Positions 26,254 through 35,217 of a stretch of 64,000 nucleotides of DNA are shown here, piece after piece. This DNA comes from a candidate division TA06 bacterium (GTDB taxonomy: Bacteria; Edwardsbacteria; AC1; EtOH8): positions 147,544-211,543 of the forward strand of contig JACRJI010000014.1 in the NCBI GenBank assembly GCA_016235665.1. The letters are read 5' to 3'. A program made the translations under genes and the position numbers. The stretch's first letter is position 1. Each line of letters starts with the position of its first letter. Under the pieces are notes generated by a model. That model made no database searches. It saw only the letters and a list, made by a program, of their open reading frames with translations, and was not told the origin of the DNA.

Positions 26254-26612
26254 TGATCTGGCTGGGATACGCTTTGTTGGGGGCGGTGGCCGGGGTTTTC
26301 AGCGGACTGCTGGGCATAGGCGGGGCCATTTTGATGATCCCAGCCCTGGTGTACATCTTCAAATTCTCCCAGCAGCAGGCGCAGGGAACTTCAATTGCCA
26401 CCCTGCTCCTGCCCATCGGGCTGCTGGCGGCCTGGAAATACTATTCGGCCGGGCATGTCAATGTCAAGGCGGCGGCGCTGATGGCCGGGGGGTTCTTCTT
26501 CGGCGGCCTGTTGGGGGCGGTGCTGGCCGGAAAGATCCCCGGGGTCTGGCTGCAGCGCTCGTTCGGTTTTTTTCTGCTGATCATCGCGGTCAAGATGATA
26601 CTGGTGAAATGA
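26250..26612 (+). CDS. short TSUP/TauE-like (DUF81) membrane protein
   Basis: GLLGIGGAILMIPAL and GGFFFGGLLGAVLAGKIP motifs; 120 aa. Confidence 0.5.
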   Translation: MMIWLGYALLGAVAGVFSGLLGIGGAILMIPALVYIFKFSQQQAQGTSIATLLLPIGLLAAWKYYSAGHVNVKAAALMAGGFFFGGLLGAVLAGKIPGVWLQRSFGFFLLIIAVKMILVK

Positions 26613-28093
26613 ACAACCTGGATGGATGGATAATCGGCAACGTCAGGGAGGCCCGGGCCGGAGGCCGCCTGGAGCAGGGCATTCCCTTTGCCATCTGGCA
26701 GAGGCAGTGGGATATCTGCGACCTGTCGGGAAACCGGGCCCGGAGCCGGGTGATAGCCGAAAATATGTCCGGGCTGGCCCGGCGCCATCCCCGCTACGCG
26801 GTCACGGACCGGCTTTACAATGCCAAGATCCACTTCTATTCCGGAGAATACGCCAAGGCGTTGGAACTTTCCCAGGAGGCCCTGCTGTTGAGCCGGCAGG
26901 ATGAAGATGATCCAAGACTTCCCGATATCTACGTCCAATTGTCGCAGTCCCACCAAAGTCTTTCCAACTTTGAGAAAGCCCTGGAATACCAGGCTCAGGC
27001 GGCCGGCCTCTACCGGTCAAAAGGCGACCAGATCAGCCTGGGTAATTCCCTGGCCAACAGCGGCCTGATATAGTGGAAAATGGGCCGGTCCCAGGAAGCC
27101 CTGTCCCATCTGGAGCAGGCCAGGAAGATATTTGAAAACAACCGCGACGAACGTTCCATGGCGGTGGTGCTGACCAACACCGCCAACGTGCTGCTGGCCA
27201 CCGATGAGATGGAACAAGCCCAGAAGAACTATCTGGCATCGCTGGCGATCTGCCAGCGGACCGGAGACCTGGCCAAGCAGAGCTCCCTGCACAATAATCT
27301 GGGAGCGATCACCTTCCGCCGGGCAGATTATTCCGGGGCCCTGAAACATTACAACCTGGGGCTCAGGATCGATGAAACTTTGGGCAACCTTACCGGACAG
27401 GCTGCCAAGCTGAACAACATGGCGGTGATGCTGGGCTCGATGGGGAAGCATGACGAGGCCATGTCCAGTTTTGAAAGGGCTTTGAAGATAGACATGAAGA
27501 CAGGCAACCAGGACGGCCAAATGCGCAAGCTGGGCAACATCGCCACCCTGCATTCTATAAAGGGAAACTATCCCCAAGCCATTGAGTGCATTGATCAGGC
27601 CATAGAGATATCCAGGAAGATCAACAGCCGGGGTTATTACGGGTATTTCCTTTCGCAAAAAATATCATACCTGGGCAATCTGGGAGACAATGACGGAGCC
27701 AAGAGCATAGGAAACGAGGCCATAGAATTGACCAGGGATTCCGGCAATCTCAGCCAGCTAGCCACGCTTTACTCCAATCTGGCCGACATTTACTATGACA
27801 CCGGAGAACTGGACAAAGCATATGAATATTCCAGCCTGGCCATAGATATCATCAAGAATCACGAATTGTTCGAGGTCTTAAAGGAGAACAGCTGGTACAC
27901 CCACAGCATGATACTGGAGAAAATTGGTAGAATCAAGGAGTCTTCGGAATACCTTAAAATGGCCTATGACGAAGTGCAAAGCAAGGCCCGGAACATCGGG
28001 GATGAACAGGAGCGGAAGGGGTTCTTGACCAAGAACCGGGCCATTGCCGAGATCGTGGAAAAATGGGAAAGTTTCCAAACAAAAGAAAAGTGA
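26609..28093 (+). pseudogene. TPR-repeat protein interrupted by a single in-frame TAG at 27071
   Basis: ORFs 26609..27073 and 27080..28093 are in the same frame; the TAG sits where a TPR unit expects an aromatic (LGNSLANSGLI[*]WKMGRSQEAL). Confidence 0.45.
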
Positions 28094-28096
28094 TAC

Positions 28097-28450
28097 ATGC
28101 CGATATACGAATACCAGTGCCTTGATTGCAAGAAGAACTTCAGCCTGCTGATCCTCAGCCCCTCCACTTACGGAACCCCCAAGTGTCCGGGCTGCGGAAG
28201 CGAAAGGCTGGAGCGGCTGATGTCCCGGTTCCGGACCATCCGGTCCGAGGAATCCAGGATGGAGCGGCTGGCCGACCCTTCCACCTTTTCCGGGGTGGAC
28301 GAGAACGACCCGGCTTCCGTGGCCAAATGGGCCAAGAAGATGGGGAATGAGCTGGGAGACGAGGCCGGCGAAGGGTTTGACGAGATGGTGGACCAGACGA
28401 TTGAGGAGGAGGCGCATAAAAGCGCGGGCACGGAAGAATCGTTTGAGTAG
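28097..28450 (+). CDS. FmdB-family zinc-ribbon protein
   Basis: MPIYEYQCLDC...CPGCGS. Confidence 0.7.
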   Translation: MPIYEYQCLDCKKNFSLLILSPSTYGTPKCPGCGSERLERLMSRFRTIRSEESRMERLADPSTFSGVDENDPASVAKWAKKMGNELGDEAGEGFDEMVDQTIEEEAHKSAGTEESFE

Positions 28451-28482
28451 TCCGGCAAAGAGGCAAGGCAACGCGGGAACCG

Positions 28483-28692
28483 ATGGAGCAGCCAAACAAG
28501 GAAGACCGGCAACGATGGAAACGCTGGAAGACCTCTCCCTCTAATCCCTCCCCTCGAGGGGAGGGAAGGGTTGGGTCGGTGGTGTGGGATGGCAGGGACG
28601 ACAATGGACAAAGGGTTTCCAACGGTGTATACGTCTACCGCCTGCAAAGCGGCGGCAAATGCCTAACCCGTAAGACGATTCTTCTAAAATGA
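28483..28692 (+). pseudogene. isolated C-terminal secretion-tail-like fragment (FlgD-Ig/T9SS CTD-like)
   Basis: WDGRDDNGQRVSNGVYVYRLQSGG is typical of C-terminal sorting domains, but only 69 aa with no upstream body. Confidence 0.3.
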
Positions 28693-28758
28693 TATTTTAT
28701 TCAATGGTTAATAACTCTGTGCCTCTGAGTCTCTGTGGCAAAAATTGAAAGCTGACAA

Positions 28759-29733
28759 ATGAAACCATGCATAGCCATAACCATCGGCGACCCGGCCGGG
28801 ATCGGCCCGGAGATCGCCCTTAAGGCCGCGGTCGACCGGGAGGTCTTGCGGCACTGCCGTCCGGTGCTGGTCGGTCCCCAGGATATCTGGGAGCAGGCGG
28901 CCAGGATCTACGGCATCAGGATCACCGGGCTGGAGATACATGACATCTATTGCCAGAAATTCTTCCTGACCCCCGGCAAGACCTCAGCCCAAAGCGGGGG
29001 CATCGCCGCCCGTTCCATTATCGCCGGAGCCCTGCTGGCGTTGGACAACCAGGTTAAAGCTCTGGTTACCGCGCCCATCTCCAAGCTGGCCCTGCGCCAG
29101 GCCGGGTACCAGCAGCCGGGACACACCGAACTGCTGGCCGAGATCTGCGGGGTGAAGGATTTCGGGATGATGTTTGCTTCGGAGAACATCAAGGTCACTT
29201 TGGCCACCATTCACCAGCCTTATGCCCAGGTCCCCAAAACCCTGACCACGGCGGTGATCAGGGAAAAGATAGAGCTGACCCAAAAGGCCCTGGTGAACTG
29301 GTGGGGCGTCAAAGATCCCAGGATCGGGGTGCTGGGCCTGAACCCCCACGCCGGCGAGGACGGGCTGTTCGGCACCGAGGAAAAAAAGATCATCCTGCCG
29401 GCGGTACGATATTTCCAAAAAACCGGCTGCGCGGTGACCGGCCCCCTGTCCTCGGAATCGGGCTTCGGCCTGATCCTCCGGGGAAAGCTGGACGCTCTGA
29501 TTGCCATGTACCACGACCAGGGCCTGCTGCCGCTGAAGGTTCTGGGCGGCACCATCAACATCACGCTGGGATTGCCCATCATCCGGACCTCGCCGGACCA
29601 CGGCACAGCCCTGGACATAGCCTGGCTGAATAAGGCCGATCACAACCCCATGAAAAATGCCATACTGCTGGCGTCCGCCCTGGGGGCAAAGAACATTTCC
29701 GGTCAACCATTCACCAGCCGAAACGGGAAATGA
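28759..29733 (+). CDS. pdxA: 4-hydroxythreonine-4-phosphate dehydrogenase
   Basis: IAITIGDPAGIGPEI, GLNPHAGE, metal-binding His motifs. Confidence 0.85.
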   Translation: MKPCIAITIGDPAGIGPEIALKAAVDREVLRHCRPVLVGPQDIWEQAARIYGIRITGLEIHDIYCQKFFLTPGKTSAQSGGIAARSIIAGALLALDNQVKALVTAPISKLALRQAGYQQPGHTELLAEICGVKDFGMMFASENIKVTLATIHQPYAQVPKTLTTAVIREKIELTQKALVNWWGVKDPRIGVLGLNPHAGEDGLFGTEEKKIILPAVRYFQKTGCAVTGPLSSESGFGLILRGKLDALIAMYHDQGLLPLKVLGGTINITLGLPIIRTSPDHGTALDIAWLNKADHNPMKNAILLASALGAKNISGQPFTSRNGK

Positions 29734-29737
29734 GAAA

Positions 29738-30442
29738 ATGATAGAACTAGTGCACGTTACCAAGACCTTTCAGAACAGCTGGACCGCTTTAAAGGACATC
29801 AGCTTTGAATTGGAGAAGGGGGAGTTCGTGTTTCTGATCGGACCTTCGGGCTCGGGCAAAAGCACCATCCTCAAGACCATCATGATGGAGATCCTTCCGG
29901 ACGAGGGCCTGGTGAAGGTGGCGGGTTTCGGCTCGGACTGCATCAAGGCCCGGGACATCCCCAAACTGCGGCGCAAACTGGGGGTGATCTTTCAGGACTT
30001 CAAGCTGCTGCCAGAAAAGACCGTCTACGAGAACGTGGCCTTTGCCCTGGAGGTGACCGGGGCGGCCGAGAGGCTGATCCACAAAAAATCCATGGCGGCC
30101 CTGAACGAGGTGGGGATGTCACACAAAAGGCATTCCTTTCCCTACCAGCTTTCGGGAGGCGAACAGCAGAAGACGGCCATAGCCAGGGCTCTGGTCAACG
30201 ATCCCTTCATTCTTTTAGCCGACGAGCCCACCGGCAACGTGGACCCGGCCGGAACCCTGGAGATAATCCAGATCCTGAAGAACATCAACGCCAAGGGCAC
30301 GGCGGTGCTGATGGCCACCCACGAGCACGAGCTGGTAAAGAAGATGCCCCACCGGGTGATAGAACTGGAGGCCGGGGCCATCATCAGGGACATGCCGGGC
30401 AAGAGCCATTACCGCCGGGGCAGCCATACTGAAAACGAATAG
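29738..30442 (+). CDS. ftsE: cell-division ABC ATPase FtsE
   Basis: GPSGSGKST Walker [16 protein letters not shown] signature, ADEPTGNVD Walker B; start ATG 29738 overlaps pdxA stop. Confidence 0.85.
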   Translation: MIELVHVTKTFQNSWTALKDISFELEKGEFVFLIGPSGSGKSTILKTIMMEILPDEGLVKVAGFGSDCIKARDIPKLRRKLGVIFQDFKLLPEKTVYENVAFALEVTGAAERLIHKKSMAALNEVGMSHKRHSFPYQLSGGEQQKTAIARALVNDPFILLADEPTGNVDPAGTLEIIQILKNINAKGTAVLMATHEHELVKKMPHRVIELEAGAIIRDMPGKSHYRRGSHTENE

Positions 30443-30487
30443 CCCGTATTTTTGCAAATTTTCGTAATAAATATAATCCAATAACCT

Positions 30488-30766
30488 CGGGAAAACTGGG
30501 GAACAAAAGGCACCAGCCCCGGTATGTCGCGTTAAAACGATCAGTGAGCATCGCAGTTGACGGCGGAAAAAGCTTGTCTGCATGTTTGAGGGCTTGGCCA
30601 AAGCCCGAGTTCAGACAAGCCCGCCAGCAACGAGAAGCGCAGCGCGGGCCCGCTGAAGCTTTAGCGTAAGCGTGGCCCGGAGAGTTTTAAGCGACGAGCT
30701 TTTTTCTTTTTGGTTCTTTTTCTTAGTTGGCGGAACAAAAAAGAAAAAGAACAATAATAAAATTAA
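30488..30766 (-). repeat. dispersed structured repeat, copy C (inverted orientation)
   Basis: reverse complement matches core of copies A,B,D-F. Confidence 0.75.
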
Positions 30767-30775
30767 GGAGAAAAT

Positions 30776-30931
30776 ATGTCCAAGACAATCACCGCCGCCT
30801 CCAACGGGATAGGAATGGGGTCGGCCCTGGCCATGATCCTGTCCTGGTCCATCAATCATTCGATCCTGTGGGCCATACTGCACGGGATCTTCGGATGGTT
30901 CTATGTCATCTACTTTGCTATAAAGCATTAA
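30776..30931 (+). CDS. 51-aa hydrophobic peptide, hypothetical
   Basis: RBS AAGGAG 7 nt upstream of ATG; MSKTITAASNGIGMGSALAMILSW...; below ORF-track size cutoff. Confidence 0.3.
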   Translation: MSKTITAASNGIGMGSALAMILSWSINHSILWAILHGIFGWFYVIYFAIKH

Positions 30932-31305
30932 GACACAGGCTTCCGGCGGCCGGGAGACCGGCCGGTAAAGGAAGTTTAAAAAATATTTTGCGTTCTGTGA
31001 AACAAATTTAACCCCTCCGGCGTATTCTCCTTTGAACAGGGAAACAACCAACCATCAAAAGGAGAACGTCAATGAAAACCAGCAACCCCCAGTTTGAGTG
31101 GGACGGCTTGATCCCGGTGGCCTTTCTGGTCAGCATGATAGTGATGACAATAGTCAGCATCTAAATGACTGAACAATATACAGGCCGCTAATAAAAAGCC
31201 CTCCAACCCGTAATTGGCAGGGCTTTTTACGTTATTTCAGGTCTTCCAGCCGCTCCGGTAAATCAGCAACATCAAGAAACACCAGGGAAAAGCCAAGCAT
31301 CGCCA

Positions 31306-31866
31306 ATGCCCACCGACAAACAGGACATAATACTGGTCCAGCGCTGCCTGGACGGAGATTCCAGGGCTTTTAACGACCTGATGAACAAATACAAGCGCCA
31401 GGTCTTCAGCCTTATTGTCCGTTTGGTCAAAAGCCCGTCCGATGCCGAGGACATCCTGCAGGATACCTTCATTAAAGCCTACCGCAATCTGTCCTCGTTT
31501 GACGCCCAGTACCCCCTGCTGACCTGGCTTTTCAAGATAGCCCACAACACCTCCATAGATTTCTTAAGGGCCAACAAGGGCGAGACATTGACCATCAACG
31601 ACGAAGAGAATCCGATAGACCTTGAAGACACCGGTTCCTCCCTGGAGGAAAAGATGGAGCAGCTTTCGGAAAAGGAGCTGATAACGAGAATGGTAAACAC
31701 GGTCCCGGCTCCTTACCGCGAGGTACTGATCATGCGCCACCAGCAGGAGCTTTCTTATGAAGAGATATCCGAAGCCATTCAGATCCCCATGGGCACGGTC
31801 AAGGTCCGCCTGTTCCGGGCCCGGGAGATCCTAAAAACCAAGCTGGAAGCGGCCGGTTATGGGTAG
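31306..31866 (+). CDS. ECF-subfamily RNA polymerase sigma factor
   Basis: region 2 DAEDILQDTFIKAY; region 4 YEEISEAIQIPMGTVKVRLFRAR. Confidence 0.85.
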   Translation: MPTDKQDIILVQRCLDGDSRAFNDLMNKYKRQVFSLIVRLVKSPSDAEDILQDTFIKAYRNLSSFDAQYPLLTWLFKIAHNTSIDFLRANKGETLTINDEENPIDLEDTGSSLEEKMEQLSEKELITRMVNTVPAPYREVLIMRHQQELSYEEISEAIQIPMGTVKVRLFRAREILKTKLEAAGYG

Positions 31867-32092
31867 CTTGAAGTTAAAATACGACGAAATAAACAAGACC
31901 CAACCTAGGCTAACCACAGAAACACCGAAATATACGAAACACGGAACTAAAATCCATAAAAGTAAATATTCAGTAATTCCGCCATTTTGTGTTTCTGTGG
32001 TAAAAGTAACAATGTCTAGTAGTTCTAATAACCTGCCAAACCAGCGAAACAAAATGCCCGCCCATTGCGTATTCACCACAGAGGATAAAAAA

Positions 32093-32680
32093 ATGAACTG
32101 CACAGAAATTAAACATAAGCTGCCGGACTATATCGACCAACTGCTTGATAAGCAAGAAGTTAAGTCGGTAAAAGACCATTTAAGGACCTGCCGGCCCTGC
32201 CAAAGGGAGTACCGGCTGTACGCTATGGCTGTTTCCTCGGTGGCCGGCTTACCGCTGCTTTCTCCCTCGCCGGAGTTCAATTCCAAGGTCTTTTCGGCCC
32301 TGGGGTTGGAATACAAACCATCGCTATTCCCGGCCTGGTCCAAGTGGGCCGCCGGACTGGCCAGCCTGGCTCTGATGTGGGCCGGAGGGGCAATGCTGGC
32401 AGGGATCTATGCCGTCAGCAGGCTGGGCCTGGCCCAGACCTATTTGTACCTGAAAAACCCACAGAAAATCCTCACCGCCCTGCAGTTTGGCCTGATTAAA
32501 ACCTGGTTCGTTCTCTCCGATATGGTTAACAATTTCCAGGCCCTGGCGGCCTGGCTGTTCAAAGGTTCAAACCTGCCGCTGCAGATATTATTAACATTCC
32601 TGGCTGCGGCCGGAGTGGTGATGCTGGCCATGATGAAGATGAGATACCAGCCCCAGGGCAGATCCTGGAACCATTCATAA
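32093..32680 (+). CDS. zinc-finger (zf-HC2) anti-sigma factor with TM segments
   Basis: HLRTCRPC (Hx3Cx2C) motif; ATG 32093 chosen over upstream ATG 31859 that would overlap the sigma gene. Confidence 0.6.
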   Translation: MNCTEIKHKLPDYIDQLLDKQEVKSVKDHLRTCRPCQREYRLYAMAVSSVAGLPLLSPSPEFNSKVFSALGLEYKPSLFPAWSKWAAGLASLALMWAGGAMLAGIYAVSRLGLAQTYLYLKNPQKILTALQFGLIKTWFVLSDMVNNFQALAAWLFKGSNLPLQILLTFLAAAGVVMLAMMKMRYQPQGRSWNHS

Positions 32681-32711
32681 AAAAACAAAAATAAACACAA
32701 GGAGAATTAAA

Positions 32712-33971
32712 ATGAACACAAACCGTAAGTTCATGATCGGCCTGGTCCTGGTCCTGGCGATCGGGACGCTGGTGCTGATGATGGCCGCAGCCACCCTGCT
32801 GGCCCAGAAGGATACAATGGTCATCAAGACCAAGCTGCTGGACAGGAACACGGCCGTCAAGGTGCAGGGCCTAAGCGAGCCGGCGCCCAAGGCCGGCCAG
32901 ACCTACAAGCTGAAGATGGCCGACAAGGACATCGAGATCAACGCCAAGGACTCCCGGGTCGGGGATGTGTACGTGGCGGCCGGCGACACCATTGATGACG
33001 ACCTGGCCACCACGGGCGGAAGCATCACGGTGGACGGGGTGGTGACCGGCGACTGCGCGGACATGGGCGGCTCCATCATAGTCAACGGCGAGGTGCAGGG
33101 CGACGTGGCCTGCTTCGGCGGTTCGGCCGATGTGGCCGGACTGGTGGGCGGCGGCCTGGCCTGCTTCGGCGGCTCGGCCAATATCACCGGCAGCGTGGGT
33201 GAAGATCTGGTCTGCTTTGGCGGCACGGTCACGCTGGGGCCCAAGTCCTCGGTGGGCGGCGACGTGGCGGTGATGGGCGGCACGGTGGAGAAATCCGACA
33301 GCGCCCAGATCGGCGGCGAGATCCAGAAGCTGGACCTGGGAATGCTCAACAACATGCTGCCGGGTATGATCGGCCATGCCAGGGTGGTGCACGAGCATCC
33401 AGTAAAGTCAAGGTTCCTGGTCTTCGGGGTCTGGTTCTTCGTGGCTTTGGGCTTAAGCCTGATAATCCTTTTGATCACGGCCCTCTTTCCCCATCATATT
33501 GAAGCTGTGAAGAACGCCACCGTGCAGGACACCTGGAAGTCCTTCGGCATAGGCCTGCTGGTGATAGTGGCCTTCATGCCGGTCTGGATAATGCTGATCA
33601 TAACCATAGTCGGCATCTTCGTGGTGCCGCTGGCCTACGCCGCGGCCCTGCTGGTCTCCCTGGCCGTCTTTGGGATGATCCTGGGCCAAAGGTTCTTCCA
33701 GGTCACAAACAAACCCCAGCCGGGCACCGTGCTGACCGCAATGACCGGTTTCCTGCTGCTGATGGCTGTGATGGTGGCCGGGATGCTGATCAACGTGGCC
33801 GGCAGCCCCTTCAACATCCTGGGCTGGATCCTGGTGATCATCAGCTGGATAGCCTGCTGGATAGGCATCTCCCTGGGACTGGGCGGGGTCTGGCTGTCCC
33901 GGTTCGGCACGGTCAAGACCTACCGTACCCCGGCTTTGCCGCCGGCAGTCCCCGAAACAAAGCCGCAGTAA
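32712..33971 (+). CDS. envelope protein with Gly-rich beta-helical repeats (DUF4097/bactofilin-like) and C-terminal polytopic membrane domain
   Basis: repeated GGS..V.G.V.GD units; several C-terminal TM helices. Confidence 0.45.
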   Translation: MNTNRKFMIGLVLVLAIGTLVLMMAAATLLAQKDTMVIKTKLLDRNTAVKVQGLSEPAPKAGQTYKLKMADKDIEINAKDSRVGDVYVAAGDTIDDDLATTGGSITVDGVVTGDCADMGGSIIVNGEVQGDVACFGGSADVAGLVGGGLACFGGSANITGSVGEDLVCFGGTVTLGPKSSVGGDVAVMGGTVEKSDSAQIGGEIQKLDLGMLNNMLPGMIGHARVVHEHPVKSRFLVFGVWFFVALGLSLIILLITALFPHHIEAVKNATVQDTWKSFGIGLLVIVAFMPVWIMLIITIVGIFVVPLAYAAALLVSLAVFGMILGQRFFQVTNKPQPGTVLTAMTGFLLLMAVMVAGMLINVAGSPFNILGWILVIISWIACWIGISLGLGGVWLSRFGTVKTYRTPALPPAVPETKPQ

Positions 33972-33981
33972 AGGGGAAGCC

Positions 33982-34173
33982 ATGATCAAGAAACTTTACC
34001 GTTCCCGGGACAATAGAATGGCCGGAGGGGTCTGCGCCGGACTGGCCAAGTACTTTGAACTGGACCCCACATTGGTCCGGCTGGGAATGGCGGTCCTGAT
34101 GGTGCTGGGCGGAGGGATACTGATCTACATCATCGCCTGGCTGATAGTGCCAGAGGAACCAACGGTACAATGA
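33982..34173 (+). CDS. PspC-domain protein
   Basis: LYRSRDNRMAGGVCAGLAKYFELDPTLVRL matches PspC domain. Confidence 0.7.
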   Translation: MIKKLYRSRDNRMAGGVCAGLAKYFELDPTLVRLGMAVLMVLGGGILIYIIAWLIVPEEPTVQ

Positions 34174-34929
34174 ACTATTAGCCCTACAACGCTCTGCCTA
34201 TGCCAAGGCTTCCTCCTACGCAACTGCTGCGGCGGACATGTTGGCAGACATGCATAGCTTCGCCGGACAAGCAATTGACAATTAGCAGGAACCCCGGAGC
34301 CTGAGATATCAGGTCCGGGGTTTTGTGTTTTTAAATCCAAATGATTATCCCATTCGCTCAGGAATAATTTATGGGATCAATTATTGGACACGGGCTTCGA
34401 TAAGGTTTCGATAAACTCAACCCGGCGCCTCAGCCGAACGATTTACACGGATTTATTGAATATATCTGCGAAAATCGGTAATAATCAGCGTGTATCTGCG
34501 TTCCGGTTGGTTTTTGGTTAGGCTTCCTGAAGGAATGGGATAGTCATTTAACCCGAATAACACATAGGTCCCCCAAAACATAATTCCTAAAATAACTTGA
34601 CATTTATCCTGGTTTGGTAGTATCATACTTTTCAATAAATGTAAAAACAGATTTGTTCACTCGTCATATACACTCTGTATATAAAAATGTTTAACCAAAC
34701 ATTAAACATACAATGTTCTGGCATGCATTTTGCCAGACCAGACCAAAGATCTGAGTCGTTACCGACAGAAAACAATGACCTAAAGTATAAGGTCCCGTCT
34801 TGCTTCGCATCAGGAAGCAGGGCGGGGCTTTTTGTTTAACATTTCATTTTTTACACCTTAGAAAACGAGAAAATATTGATTACTGACATCCTGCGGGGCG
34901 CACACTCCGTTCTGCGCCCCGCAGAGAAG

Positions 34930-35060
34930 ATCATCAATGCCACAGAGAACAACCCGCATGTTACAGAGGCTTTTGTCAATGCCGCATGGACCTTTCCGCA
35001 TACCACAGAAATGATCGTCAATGTCACAGAGAGGAAACCGCATAATGCAGAACAGGCACA
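34930..35060 (+). repeat. three tandem ~42-bp direct repeats (TCAATGYCACAGAGA..AAACCGCAT..) in the ~1-kb leader upstream of the RHS gene
   Basis: seen in sequence; antisense translation shows repeated LCxIDD..CG units. Confidence 0.5.
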
Positions 35061-35217
35061 TATGATGTATCGAAGACACAGTGCTTCTGAAACCGCTTGC
35101 TCTCATTAATCACACGGTCACCCATACCAAAAAGGCAGTTGTGCTGCAGATGGAATTGTTGAAAATATTAACATGGGGAACTAAATAACAAAATCATATA
35201 AAGGAGTAAATTACAAA

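Noticed and set aside
25078-26416. Several minus-strand ORFs (227, 141, 124, 131 aa) inside nnr
   Set aside because: Antisense to Nnr, which has unambiguous YjeF-N/C motifs; Arg/Pro/Gly-rich.
27017-27658. 213-aa minus-strand ORF antisense to the TPR gene, and others at 27878..28647
   Set aside because: Antisense within GC-rich coding sequence; no motifs, RBS or conserved features.
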